Assembly: GCA_038104845.1 (NCBI GenBank)
Contig: JAYOBJ010000004.1
Span: 14,129-78,128, forward strand
Origin: Methanobacteriota archaeon
GTDB taxonomy: Archaea; Thermoplasmatota; Poseidoniia; Poseidoniales; Poseidoniaceae
DNA length: 64,000 nt
Reading direction: 5' to 3'
Under the pieces are notes generated by a model. That model was not told the origin of the DNA and made no database searches. It was given only the letters and a program-made list of their open reading frames with translations. Position 1 is the stretch's first letter; each line of letters begins with the position of its first letter. This document shows, piece after piece, positions 49,692 to 59,047 of the stretch. A program made the position numbers and the translations under genes.

Positions 49692-51506
49692 ATGGCTGGC
49701 GAAGATGACAACAAAGTGGGCATGGCCGAATGCGGTTCGTGCCGTGCCGTGATTCCCATTGATTCCAAAGCATGTCCGGAATGCAACACGTCGTTTCAGG
49801 GCGTGTCGGATGAAGCCCTGGGCGAGTGCGGTGCTTGCAAGAGTTTGGTCCCTCTCGACTCAACCCGTTGCCCAGAATGCAGTGTGCTGTTCGTGGCCGA
49901 CGATGTTGTGGATGTGTTGCGCCAGTGGGTGGCGAACACCGGCATTGACTTGAGGAAACTTTTCGACAAATTTGATGAGAATGGCGACGGTATGATCGAT
50001 TCCTCTGAGTTGCGAGAAGGACTGCTCAGCCTCAACCTTGCCGACCTCCCCCCAAGTCAGGTGGAACGTTTGGTGCAAGAAATTGACGAGGACGACAACG
50101 GCGTGATCGACCTTGATGAGTTCATTGATATCCTTTCATCGGAAGTGGATGGCACCGAAACCCAAGAAACCGAGGTTGATGTTTCCACGGACGAGGACGC
50201 CGTCGACGCAGATATAGCCAATGAAGAAACGAACGCTGGAGCCGACGAGGTTGACGATGACCCCGAAACGGACGATGATGTTGACCACGAGGATTCAGAT
50301 GACAACGCCGACGGGTTGGACGATAACCGCCAAGTGGAAGAAGACGGCTCTGCCGTGTCCGTGGACGACGACCGTGACCACGATGACGATGTTTCGGCCC
50401 ACAAAGACGTTGTTTCGCTCAAGAATCCCCTCCTTGAACTGGCCAACATGATGGATGAACTGGGCATATCGGCTCAGCGCGTGTTCAATGATCTCGACCG
50501 CGACGGCAACGGTTCCATCTCCAAGGACGAGCTCATGAAACTCCTCGGGACCGACTACGGTGAATCCATGGACATGGACACACTCGAGATGCTGATGGAG
50601 CAACTCGATGAAGACGGTGACGGTTCGGTTGACCTCGCTGAATTTTACGATTCGCTTGAAAACCTTGACGACCACGAGGAGACGGTTGAGGAAACTGAGG
50701 AGGAGGAGGATTACTTCCCAACGCCCATGCAAAAGCGCATGATGTCGAAGGTATGGAACGACTCAGTCTGGCCAATTCTTCACACCGGATTCGCTCTGAT
50801 GCTGATTTTGGTGTTGGTCAACGCCCTCGTGGGTCCAGTTGACGGCAGCGGGGGTGCTGTTGTTTACGAACCCATGCAAGGCGGTCTTTTGCCCAACGAT
50901 GTGAACCCAGGCGATGTGTTCCCCTGCGATGAAAAGTATCAGGAGGGAGGTTGTTCCAACTCGCTGACACCGTTCAGTGGGAAGGACGGAGCGTCCTCCA
51001 TGCCAAAAGGGTTCTATCTTGATGGCATTGTCTTCATGATCCTGAGCCTCATGGGGTTGACGGCGTCACTGTTCATGCACTTGGTTCGTGTGCCTGCATG
51101 GCGTGCTCGCGCACGGGCCATGCGTGAGTTTGAGGGGGACAAGGCCGATGCTGCACAAGGCGCTGAAGGCGAGAGGGAAACCGTCGATGAGGCTGAAGTG
51201 GAACCATCAGAAGAAACTGAAGAAACTTTGGATGACGACGAGGAGGTCGACGACGATGACGAAATCAATAACGACGCCCGTGACTTGGATGAAGATGTTG
51301 AGGAATTGGACGATGAAAGCGATGATGCTGAGGAAGGATCCGACGACGAAATTGATATCGGTTCCCACATTGGCTTGGTCTTCGACGATGAGGAAGTGTT
51401 CGGAACCATCGTTGAATTCGACGATGAGGAAGGGACCGTGACCATCGAAGAGGATGGCACCGGTGACTTGGTCACCGGATACCAAGATGATATGTTTCTT
51501 GAGTGA
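49692..51506 (+). CDS. Acidic membrane protein with double zinc ribbons and four EF-hands
   Basis: Four CxxC pairs; EF loops DENGDGMIDSSE, DEDDNGVIDLDE, DRDGNGSISKDE, DEDGDGSVDLAE; two hydrophobic segments. Confidence 0.85.
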   Translation: MAGEDDNKVGMAECGSCRAVIPIDSKACPECNTSFQGVSDEALGECGACKSLVPLDSTRCPECSVLFVADDVVDVLRQWVANTGIDLRKLFDKFDENGDGMIDSSELREGLLSLNLADLPPSQVERLVQEIDEDDNGVIDLDEFIDILSSEVDGTETQETEVDVSTDEDAVDADIANEETNAGADEVDDDPETDDDVDHEDSDDNADGLDDNRQVEEDGSAVSVDDDRDHDDDVSAHKDVVSLKNPLLELANMMDELGISAQRVFNDLDRDGNGSISKDELMKLLGTDYGESMDMDTLEMLMEQLDEDGDGSVDLAEFYDSLENLDDHEETVEETEEEEDYFPTPMQKRMMSKVWNDSVWPILHTGFALMLILVLVNALVGPVDGSGGAVVYEPMQGGLLPNDVNPGDVFPCDEKYQEGGCSNSLTPFSGKDGASSMPKGFYLDGIVFMILSLMGLTASLFMHLVRVPAWRARARAMREFEGDKADAAQGAEGERETVDEAEVEPSEETEETLDDDEEVDDDDEINNDARDLDEDVEELDDESDDAEEGSDDEIDIGSHIGLVFDDEEVFGTIVEFDDEEGTVTIEEDGTGDLVTGYQDDMFLE

Positions 51507-51508
51507 AC

Positions 51509-51886
51509 ATGAGCCATGAAGAACGCGACCCGCTTGACGCCTTCCACGGCGTCGCATCGTGTACTGTCTGCGGTTGTTTTGCCACGAAAGGCACACTCCG
51601 TTGCCCTGAATGTGGAACGTTTCATTCCGGAGCCGTGATGGTGGAACGTGCGGCCCCCTCGGCGGAAGAACGCGTTGCTGCTCAACCATCTGCGCCCGAC
51701 CCCAGCATGTATTCCCTCGGACCTTCTTCTTCGATCGTTGAAGAAGCGTTCGAAGAATCCGATGAGGTCAAAGCCTGGACCGGTGGCAGCACTGATTTTT
51801 CATTTGAAGAGGACGATGATCCGGTGCCGCAACCCATCACCATGACGGTGGTCGAACCCGAAATCGTCGCCTCCAATGATGATTGA
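51509..51886 (+). CDS. Small acidic zinc-ribbon protein
   Basis: CTVCG...CPECG; abuts the EF-hand gene. Confidence 0.7.
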   Translation: MSHEERDPLDAFHGVASCTVCGCFATKGTLRCPECGTFHSGAVMVERAAPSAEERVAAQPSAPDPSMYSLGPSSSIVEEAFEESDEVKAWTGGSTDFSFEEDDDPVPQPITMTVVEPEIVASNDD

Positions 51887-51971
51887 TTAAATGAATTTCA
51901 TTTGGCAATAATTACAGTCATTGAATTTTAGGCACTCATCTGAAAGTCAAATCAGACCGGTCTTCTGAAGA

Positions 51972-52047
51972 TGGTGGGCTCGGCCAGAATTGAACTGGCG
52001 ATCTTTGCCATGTCAAGGCAACGTCATAACCCCTAGACCACGAGCCC
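51972..52047 (-). tRNA. tRNA-Val(GAC), CCA encoded, no intron
   Basis: Minus strand GGGCTCG...TTGCC-TTGACAT-GGCAA...GTTCAATTC...CGAGCCCACCA folds as a cloverleaf. Confidence 0.96.
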
Positions 52048-52104
52048 TAGGTAGTTGCCCCACCTGACCGTTCTCTTTAACGAATTCGGTGGCGGTCTTC
52101 CCCA

Positions 52105-52257
52105 TCAACGGATGATCTTGGAAATTTTACCAGTGCAGGACCCATTTGAGCACAATCCGGCGTAGCGCGTTCGTCCGTTCGCCATTGCGAGTTCCTTTCC
52201 TTCTCGGATTGGGCCATATGTTTTGCACTTCATGCAGTAACCCTCGATGTCCGTCAT
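52105..52257 (-). CDS. Small Cys-rich protein (DUF5679-like)
   Basis: MTDIEGYCMKCK...MANGR...GLC...CTGKISKI. Confidence 0.7.
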   Translation of the reverse strand: MTDIEGYCMKCKTYGPIREGKELAMANGRTRYAGLCSNGSCTGKISKIIR

Positions 52258-52505
52258 GATGCTCAATTTACATTCGGTTCGGTGGACGATTTGAATCCTT
52301 TGTTCATGGTTCAAATAAATCAGATGTTTTGGCCTCCGAGGGTATACGTGGGGCAGTAAAATCAGAAAAATACATGATTATTGGATTTGCACTTCAGTTC
52401 AAACGGGGGGCTGCGAGGCAGCTGATGCAACATTTCGGAAAGGGATGGATGCCCAATATCAGCAATTGTCGCATAACTCACATTATGCGACGCCACAGCC
52501 ACTGC

Positions 52506-52829
52506 CTACTGGGGCATTCTGGCGTCAAAGTCATCTTCGTCGATTTCAAACACACCAACCAACGGTGGACCGAGCATTTGCGCTTCCAAACCACCGTCCT
52601 TCACATCGATCGTCCGTTGGATTTCTTCAGCAACCCGTTGCCAAGCTTCTCTGGTCTCGAACACCGATTGGACCAGGTGCATGCTCGCTTCGCCTGGCGC
52701 TGACGCCACCCATGCAGCGATGCACCCGTCCGAACGTCGTTTCAATGCTTGGCGCGCCTTCAACATGCGGAGCATGCGTGCGTGGCATCCGTCTTTGGAA
52801 GAACACACCACCGTCTCGATCCAATACAT
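52506..52829 (-). CDS. ABM-like dimeric alpha/beta barrel protein
   Basis: 107 aa; GCIAAW, LVQSVFETREAW pattern. Confidence 0.55.
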   Translation of the reverse strand: MYWIETVVCSSKDGCHARMLRMLKARQALKRRSDGCIAAWVASAPGEASMHLVQSVFETREAWQRVAEEIQRTIDVKDGGLEAQMLGPPLVGVFEIDEDDFDARMPQ

Positions 52830-52898
52830 GAATTACACCTAATGCCGTTTCAGTTAAAGATTAATGTAAAAATTCATTTATTCGTGCATGGAATCGAT

Positions 52899-54140
52899 TC
52901 AATCGATGGTGTGTTCAATCAGGTTGCCCTCCAACATGGTCGACCATACGGGGGTGTGGCTTGGCTGAAGTGCCCACGATTCCCAATGCGGACTTGCAAG
53001 GATGTTGAGGTTCGCTACGGCGCCTTCTCGGAGGACACCGTGGTCCATTCCGCTGGGATGGGGTGAGGTGGAGGCGGCCCTGCACGTGACGGCCATGAGC
53101 GCTTCCATCGGGTGCAAGCCTGCTCGCTGCACCATCAACGATCCGATGAAGGGCAAACTCAAGGTTTGGCAATTGGGGTTGAAATCGGTGGCCAATGTGA
53201 AATGGACGCCGTGCTGGATGACTTCTCGCATGTCCGGAAACGGGTCGCCCATGGCATAGGGCGTTCCGGGTAAATAGCCGGTGTTGACACCGGCCTCGGT
53301 CATGGCCATGCGCGTATCAATCGGTGTGTGGTACGCATGGTCAGCGGTTTGGACCTTGTGCTCAATCGCAAGATCGCCACCGCCACCGTCCGCGAACTCA
53401 TCAATGTGCAACCGCAAGGCGAGGCCGTGTTTTTTTCCAGCCACCAAGAGGTCAGATGTTTGATCGACCGAAAACCAGCCGGGTTCGCAAAACACGTCCA
53501 TGGAACGGGCGATTCCTTGGTCCACGACAGATGGAAGTTGCTCGCTGAGTAACGATTCGGTGTAGTCATTGATGGAAATCCCAGGAGGGGCATCGTGTGC
53601 GCCCATCCACGTGATGTCGAGGGATGGCAGTCTTTGAAGCCTGGAAAGCTCATTCATCATTTGGAGCAAGTTCAATTCAGATTCGGTCGACAATCCGTAT
53701 CCGCTTTTGGCTTCCATGTGCGTGGTGCCTGTGCGAAGGGCTTGCCGCATTCGGTTCACCCCGCGAGCCATCATTGAATCGGGCGGGGCACTCCTGGTGG
53801 CTGAAACGGTCGAGCCAATACCGCCACCAAGATGTGCAATGTCAATGTAGGATTTCCCTTCGTGCCGCCATGCCACTTCTCTTGACCGGTCGCCTGCCCA
53901 AAGCAGGTGGGTGTGGGTGTCGATGAATCCGGGCACAACCGCCCGTCCTTGGGCATCCACCATTGTATGGTCGTCGCTGCCCTCCCGGCCGTATTCATCG
54001 ATGGCTTCTGATGAAGAATAAATTCGTTCGATTACATTATTGTTTGTAACAATTGCCATCTCCGTGGAGTATAATTCGTCTTCATTGAGGCCTTCGTCAA
54101 GGTGAACCAACACTCCAATGTTGTGAACGATGGTGGCCAC
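52899..54140 (-). CDS. hutI: Imidazolonepropionase
   Basis: PGFIDTHTH, EAKSGYGL, DVFCE, LHIDE, ATDFNP. Confidence 0.93.
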   Translation of the reverse strand: MATIVHNIGVLVHLDEGLNEDELYSTEMAIVTNNNVIERIYSSSEAIDEYGREGSDDHTMVDAQGRAVVPGFIDTHTHLLWAGDRSREVAWRHEGKSYIDIAHLGGGIGSTVSATRSAPPDSMMARGVNRMRQALRTGTTHMEAKSGYGLSTESELNLLQMMNELSRLQRLPSLDITWMGAHDAPPGISINDYTESLLSEQLPSVVDQGIARSMDVFCEPGWFSVDQTSDLLVAGKKHGLALRLHIDEFADGGGGDLAIEHKVQTADHAYHTPIDTRMAMTEAGVNTGYLPGTPYAMGDPFPDMREVIQHGVHFTLATDFNPNCQTLSLPFIGSLMVQRAGLHPMEALMAVTCRAASTSPHPSGMDHGVLREGAVANLNILASPHWESWALQPSHTPVWSTMLEGNLIEHTID

Positions 54141-54191
54141 AAGGCATGACCGTTGAAGAGGGTTGAAGAACAATGGGTTGGTCCAAACACC

Positions 54192-55199
54192 ATGTCAGGA
54201 TGGACCCTTGGCATTGAAACAACTGCTCACACTCTGTCGTTTGGGTTGGTCAACGCCAACGGAGAACCGTTTCCAGCAGCTTCGGACACCCTCCGGCCCG
54301 ATGAAGGTGGCATTCACCCACGGGAAGCCGCCGACCATCACAAAGACGTCGCCGCAGAGTTGTTCGCCAACGTGTTGGACATGCACAACCTTCAGCTGGA
54401 GGACATCGGTGCCGTTGCGTATTCACAAGGGCCCGGTCTTGGACCATGTTTGCGTGTGGGTGCATCCATTGCACGCGGGATCGCCACCCGCCTCGACGTC
54501 CCGCTCATCGGCGTCAATCACTGTGTCGCACACATTGAGATTGGTCGTCAACAGTGTGGGTGCGATGACCCCGTCCTCCTGTATGTGTCGGGTGGCAACA
54601 CGCAGGTGATTGCACGCCTCAATGGACGGTACCGCGTTCTCGGCGAGACCCTCGACATCGGTATTGGTAACATGCTCGACAAATTTGCCCGGCAACAAGG
54701 CATTCCCTTCCCGGGAGGGCCAAAAATTGAGTCACTGGCCAACGCCTATCTCGAACGTTGCCCTCAACCCAGTATGGAAGGATTGGAACTGCCTTATGCC
54801 GTTCGCGGCATGGACCTGGCCTTCTCTGGATTGTTGACGGCTGCTCAGCGATTGGTGGACAACGGCCAACCGCTTGATGCAGTGTGCTGGTCTTTGCAAG
54901 AGCATGCGTTTGCCTCCTGTGTTGAGGTCGCTGAGCGGGCCATGGCTCACACTGGAAAGCATGAATTGCTCCTGGGAGGAGGGGTGGCTTGCAACGAACG
55001 AATGCGTGCCATGTCCACCATGATGGCCGAAGATCGGAACGGGTCCTCGCATGCACCGCCGAAGATGTACTGCATTGACAACGGGACCATGATCGCCATG
55101 TTGGGTGCACTTGAATTGGACAACCGAACGACCTCACTCGAGGGCAGCGCCATCGACCAATACTTGCGAACCGACCAAACACCCATCCAGTGGGCGTGA
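54192..55199 (+). CDS. kae1: t6A synthase Kae1 (KEOPS), stand-alone
   Basis: GIETTAH, GIHPREAADHH, NHCVAHIE, VSGGNTQ, GETLDI, DNGTMIA. Confidence 0.95.
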   Translation: MSGWTLGIETTAHTLSFGLVNANGEPFPAASDTLRPDEGGIHPREAADHHKDVAAELFANVLDMHNLQLEDIGAVAYSQGPGLGPCLRVGASIARGIATRLDVPLIGVNHCVAHIEIGRQQCGCDDPVLLYVSGGNTQVIARLNGRYRVLGETLDIGIGNMLDKFARQQGIPFPGGPKIESLANAYLERCPQPSMEGLELPYAVRGMDLAFSGLLTAAQRLVDNGQPLDAVCWSLQEHAFASCVEVAERAMAHTGKHELLLGGGVACNERMRAMSTMMAEDRNGSSHAPPKMYCIDNGTMIAMLGALELDNRTTSLEGSAIDQYLRTDQTPIQWA

Positions 55200-55236
55200 A
55201 GTGGACCCCATACCGTTTTAACAGGTCAACATACCG

Positions 55237-56124
55237 TTGCAATCGGGGGATTCATCCATCGACCGACGCAGGCCACCACGAAAGCAAGAGTTCAATCCGT
55301 TTGCAAAAGACGCTCAGCAACAGGCACGGCGTCGACGGGACGAACGCGATCGTCAGGCCGGCAGGAGGCCACCCGCCCCAACCGAGGTCCCAGAAACACC
55401 AAAGCAAGACGTGCAAGCTGACTTTTTGAGAAAGCAGGCGGAAGCAAGAGAAAAATTGGTTCAGAAGGGCGATGTCTCGGCACCTGCCGTTCAGCCCGCT
55501 GCTGTCAATCACACCGTTCGGGCAGAACAAAAACCGTCGGGCAACGACGTTGTACGGAAGCAGTCACGCGAGGATCGCCTTGCTGAACTCCGCCGCAAGT
55601 CCGAAGAACTGAAGAAAAACGCCGCTGAAACCGTCGAGGTCCACGCCGAAGCGGACACGGTCGCAGCCACCGTGGAGGCAGTGGAGAGCACCGTTTCGGT
55701 CGACCCCAAGCCGGCCGAAGAGTTGACCGACGAACCAGCGGTTCTTTCCTTGGAAGTCGGCACCGTGATGACGCCACAAAACGTGTTCAAAAAGATCGAG
55801 ACCAAGGTGAAACCCAAGGACCATCGCGGTCGGAAACGGCGGCGCTTTGACAAAACCGGTGGTGGGCGTCAAAAGGCAGAAAAACTGCTGAACCGTCAAA
55901 AATACCTTGAATACAAGTACGCCGCTAAGGACATCTTGAACAATCCCGATGTAGCAGAAGAACACCGCTCGAACGTTCTCGGCCAAATATGGGCAAAGGG
56001 TGAACGCATCGGCGTTGATGAGTCCCACGCTTTCATTGAACAAAAAGTGGAGGAATTGATCCTCACTGAAACCGTCGCAAACGAACTGCGCCAACTCGTC
56101 AACCGAATGACAACCAGGAGATGA
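55237..56124 (+). CDS. Hypothetical protein (charged N-terminus, basic C-terminal domain)
   Basis: 295-aa ORF ending 4 nt before slyD; start uncertain. Confidence 0.7.
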   Translation: MQSGDSSIDRRRPPRKQEFNPFAKDAQQQARRRRDERDRQAGRRPPAPTEVPETPKQDVQADFLRKQAEAREKLVQKGDVSAPAVQPAAVNHTVRAEQKPSGNDVVRKQSREDRLAELRRKSEELKKNAAETVEVHAEADTVAATVEAVESTVSVDPKPAEELTDEPAVLSLEVGTVMTPQNVFKKIETKVKPKDHRGRKRRRFDKTGGGRQKAEKLLNRQKYLEYKYAAKDILNNPDVAEEHRSNVLGQIWAKGERIGVDESHAFIEQKVEELILTETVANELRQLVNRMTTRR

Positions 56125-56128
56125 AACC

Positions 56129-56635
56129 ATGAGCAACACCATGAAAATTGAAGCCAACACCGTCGCAAGCGTCCATTACACGGGCACACTCCCTGAATCC
56201 GGGGAAGTTTTTGACTCCAGTGAGGGTCGTGATCCCTTGACCTTCCTTGTCGGGCACAACCAAATGATTCCGGGCTTCGAAGCCAATCTAATGGGCTGCT
56301 CGGTGGGCGATCGAATGGAATTCACCCTGACGGCCGACGAGGCGTACGGTCAACGCGACGATGAAGCCGTGATGCAGATCGAGCGGTCCAACTTCGCACA
56401 ACTTGAACAAGAAGCGGCCCTTGAAGTTGGAATGCAACTTGTGGCACAAATGCCCCACGGCCCTGCCCCATTCACGGTGACGACGTTGACCGATGACACG
56501 GTGACGGCCGACTTCAATCACGCGCTGGCAGGCGAGTCGCTGATGTTTGCCGTCGAAGTTGTCGACGTCCGTGAAGCCAGCGAGGAAGAACTCGCCCACG
56601 GCCACGCCCACGGACCCGGTGGTCATCATCACTGA
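56129..56635 (+). CDS. slyD: FKBP-type peptidyl-prolyl isomerase SlyD
   Basis: VHYTG, FDSS, IPGFE, AYG, DFNHALAG, His-rich tail. Confidence 0.93.
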   Translation: MSNTMKIEANTVASVHYTGTLPESGEVFDSSEGRDPLTFLVGHNQMIPGFEANLMGCSVGDRMEFTLTADEAYGQRDDEAVMQIERSNFAQLEQEAALEVGMQLVAQMPHGPAPFTVTTLTDDTVTADFNHALAGESLMFAVEVVDVREASEEELAHGHAHGPGGHHH

Positions 56636-56679
56636 AGACCAACCGAGTGTTCATACACGGCCATGGTTTCAGTCGTAAC

Positions 56680-58263
56680 ATGGTCAAGGAACGGAAAGAC
56701 CGTTGGGCCACCTTGAGCGGCGTCGAACTTCCCTCGTCGGATGCTCCGGACGGTGCTGCCTGGCCCCGGTCGCCTGCGGGGACCGCCCCCTACACCCGTG
56801 GCGTCCACGCCAGCATGTACCGCAGCCGGTACTGGACCATGCGCCAATATGCAGGATTTTCGAGCGCCCGTGAGACCAACGAGCGGTTCAAACTCCTCTT
56901 GGAGCGCGGCCAAATGGGCCTCTCTGTCGCCTTTGACCTCCCCACTCAACTCGGCATGGATGCCGATGATGAACTCGCTTACGGCGAGGTGGGTAAGGTC
57001 GGAGTCTCCATATGCAGTGTTGAGGACATGAAAGTTCTCTTCGACGGCATTCCACTCGACAAGGTCAGCACCTCCATGACCATCAACGCACCCGCCATGG
57101 TGCTTCTCGCCATGTACATCGTCGCCGCTGAAGAGCAAGGTGCAGCACCATCGGCCCTTCGCGGGACCATCCAAAACGACATCCTGAAGGAGTACATCGC
57201 CCGTGGGACCTACGTGTTTCCACCGGGGCCCTCCATGCGACTGATCACCGATACATTCGCCCATTGTGCCAAGGAAGTCCCCCAGTGGAACACCATTTCA
57301 ATCTCCGGTTATCACATCCGCGAAGCAGGGTCAACCGCCGTGCAGGAATTGGGATTCACCCTTGCCAACGCCTTAGCGTATGTTGATGCAGCGATTGAAT
57401 CGGGGCTCGCCATCGATGAATTTGCGCCAAGGCTGTCCTTCTTTTTCAATTGCCACAACGATTTCTTTGAGGAAATTTCGAAATTCCGAGCCGCACGGAC
57501 GCTTTGGCATGACCTGTTGGTGGAGCGCTACGCTCCGTCCAACGAAAAAGCGCTCAAATTGAGGTTCCACACGCAGGTGGCCGGGGTGAGTTTAACGGCC
57601 CAGCAACCGCTGAACAATGTCACTCGGGTCACCATTCAAGCGCTTGCAGCTGTGCTGGGTGGGACGCAAAGCCTCCACACCAACGCCTATGACGAGGCCT
57701 TGGGTCTGCCGACGGAGGCCTCGGCGACCGTGGCGTTGCGAACTCAGCAAATCATTGCCGAAGAGTCCGGTGCAGCCGATGTCGTGGATCCCCTTGGCGG
57801 TTCGTGGTTCGTTGAGCGCCTCACCGACGAGATGTACAACCAAGTACGGACGTTGATTGAGGAGGTTGAGCAACGCGGCGGAGCACTGGCGGCCATCGAA
57901 CAAGGCTGGCCGCAGCAGCAAATTCACGCTTCGGCATACCAATATCTCAACGAAATTGAACACAACCAACGGCGGATCGTTGGCGTCAACCACGGCGTGA
58001 TGGATGAACACCAAACCATCCCTGTGATGAAAGTGGACCCTTCGCTTGGCGAGCGTCAAACGGAACGCCTTGCAGCATTGCGTGCCGCCCGCGATGCAGC
58101 ACGCGTGGCGGAGGCATTGGATGCGGTGCGCACCGCTGCTGGTTCGGACACAAACCTGTTTCCACCCGTGATCCAAGCCGTTCGTGCCCGAGCCACCCTC
58201 GGTGAAATCATCGGTGTGATGAAGGATGAATTTGGCACGTACATGGCACCAAGTGGGTTTTGA
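56680..58263 (+). CDS. mcmA: Methylmalonyl-CoA mutase large (substrate-binding) subunit
   Basis: PYTRG, WTMRQYAGF, GLSVAFDLPTQ, QNDILKEY, GGTQSLHTN; no B12-binding domain. Confidence 0.95.
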   Translation: MVKERKDRWATLSGVELPSSDAPDGAAWPRSPAGTAPYTRGVHASMYRSRYWTMRQYAGFSSARETNERFKLLLERGQMGLSVAFDLPTQLGMDADDELAYGEVGKVGVSICSVEDMKVLFDGIPLDKVSTSMTINAPAMVLLAMYIVAAEEQGAAPSALRGTIQNDILKEYIARGTYVFPPGPSMRLITDTFAHCAKEVPQWNTISISGYHIREAGSTAVQELGFTLANALAYVDAAIESGLAIDEFAPRLSFFFNCHNDFFEEISKFRAARTLWHDLLVERYAPSNEKALKLRFHTQVAGVSLTAQQPLNNVTRVTIQALAAVLGGTQSLHTNAYDEALGLPTEASATVALRTQQIIAEESGAADVVDPLGGSWFVERLTDEMYNQVRTLIEEVEQRGGALAAIEQGWPQQQIHASAYQYLNEIEHNQRRIVGVNHGVMDEHQTIPVMKVDPSLGERQTERLAALRAARDAARVAEALDAVRTAAGSDTNLFPPVIQAVRARATLGEIIGVMKDEFGTYMAPSGF

Positions 58264-58272
58264 GGTGACAAC

Positions 58273-58698
58273 ATGACGTTTGGACCCATTCACATTGACC
58301 ACATTGGCATTGCATGCAACAACCTCGATGATGCCAGTGTGTTTTGGCACCTCATCGGTCTCACTCAGGGCGACCATGACGAAACCGTCCGTGAACAAGG
58401 CGTGACGACGCGTTTCTTCTCAACATCAAGCCCCTTCGAGGGCCGACCATCAAAAGTGGAATTGCTTGAACCGACGGGGCCCGAGACGCCGATTGGTCGA
58501 TTTCTTGAGAAGCGGGGCCCGGGTGTTCAGCAGGTGTGTTTCCGAGTGGGTGACCTCGTCGGATTGTTGGCGCACCTCAAGGCCAACGGGGTCCGCCTCA
58601 TCGATGAGGTCCCACGTACTGGGGCCGGCGGCATGCAAATCGCCTTCGTGCACCCTTCATCCACAGGCGGCGTCCTGGTGGAATTGGCCCAAGGTTAA
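58273..58698 (+). CDS. mce: Methylmalonyl-CoA epimerase
   Basis: IDHIGIA, ELLEP, FLEKRGPG, FVHPSSTGGVLVEL. Confidence 0.93.
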   Translation: MTFGPIHIDHIGIACNNLDDASVFWHLIGLTQGDHDETVREQGVTTRFFSTSSPFEGRPSKVELLEPTGPETPIGRFLEKRGPGVQQVCFRVGDLVGLLAHLKANGVRLIDEVPRTGAGGMQIAFVHPSSTGGVLVELAQG

Positions 58699-58737
58699 GT
58701 CGCAACGTACATAGGCGGTCAATTCAACTTCATCCCA

Positions 58738-59043
58738 ATGAGGACCTGCATCGATGAATTGCTTGCCTTGCCCCACCTCAACGGACCTCGGCTCAAGCAA
58801 GAGGTGGCGTATCTCGCCCATCGACTTGAGGAACTTCGGCTGAATCGCCACATCACCAACGATGCTTACCTCGATGCAGGTGCGGTTCAAGGGGCGATTG
58901 ATCTGGCGGCCAACATGGTTGACATGGGCGTCCCGCAACACGAGGTTCAACAAACCCTGCGTTCCACCCTGTCGCGTGCAAAGCGACTTGAAACCAAGCA
59001 CCCTGGGCTCAACTGGGCGGTTGAATCCGGCCGTGCGAGTTGA
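58738..59043 (+). CDS. Hypothetical helical protein
   Basis: 101 aa; GTACATAG element 31 nt upstream; ends 4 nt before the ABC ATPase. Confidence 0.65.
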   Translation: MRTCIDELLALPHLNGPRLKQEVAYLAHRLEELRLNRHITNDAYLDAGAVQGAIDLAANMVDMGVPQHEVQQTLRSTLSRAKRLETKHPGLNWAVESGRAS

Positions 59044-59047
59044 CCCC

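Noticed and set aside
50150..51500. GAC/GAT/GAA-rich repetitive DNA
   Set aside because: Explained by Asp/Glu-rich coding sequence; no repeat-spacer structure
51972..52047. tRNA as an integration site for a mobile element
   Set aside because: No integrase and no duplicated tRNA 3' end seen in the window
56680..58263. Truncated mutase pseudogene
   Set aside because: Split mutases with a separate B12-binding subunit are normal in archaea; the ORF is intact
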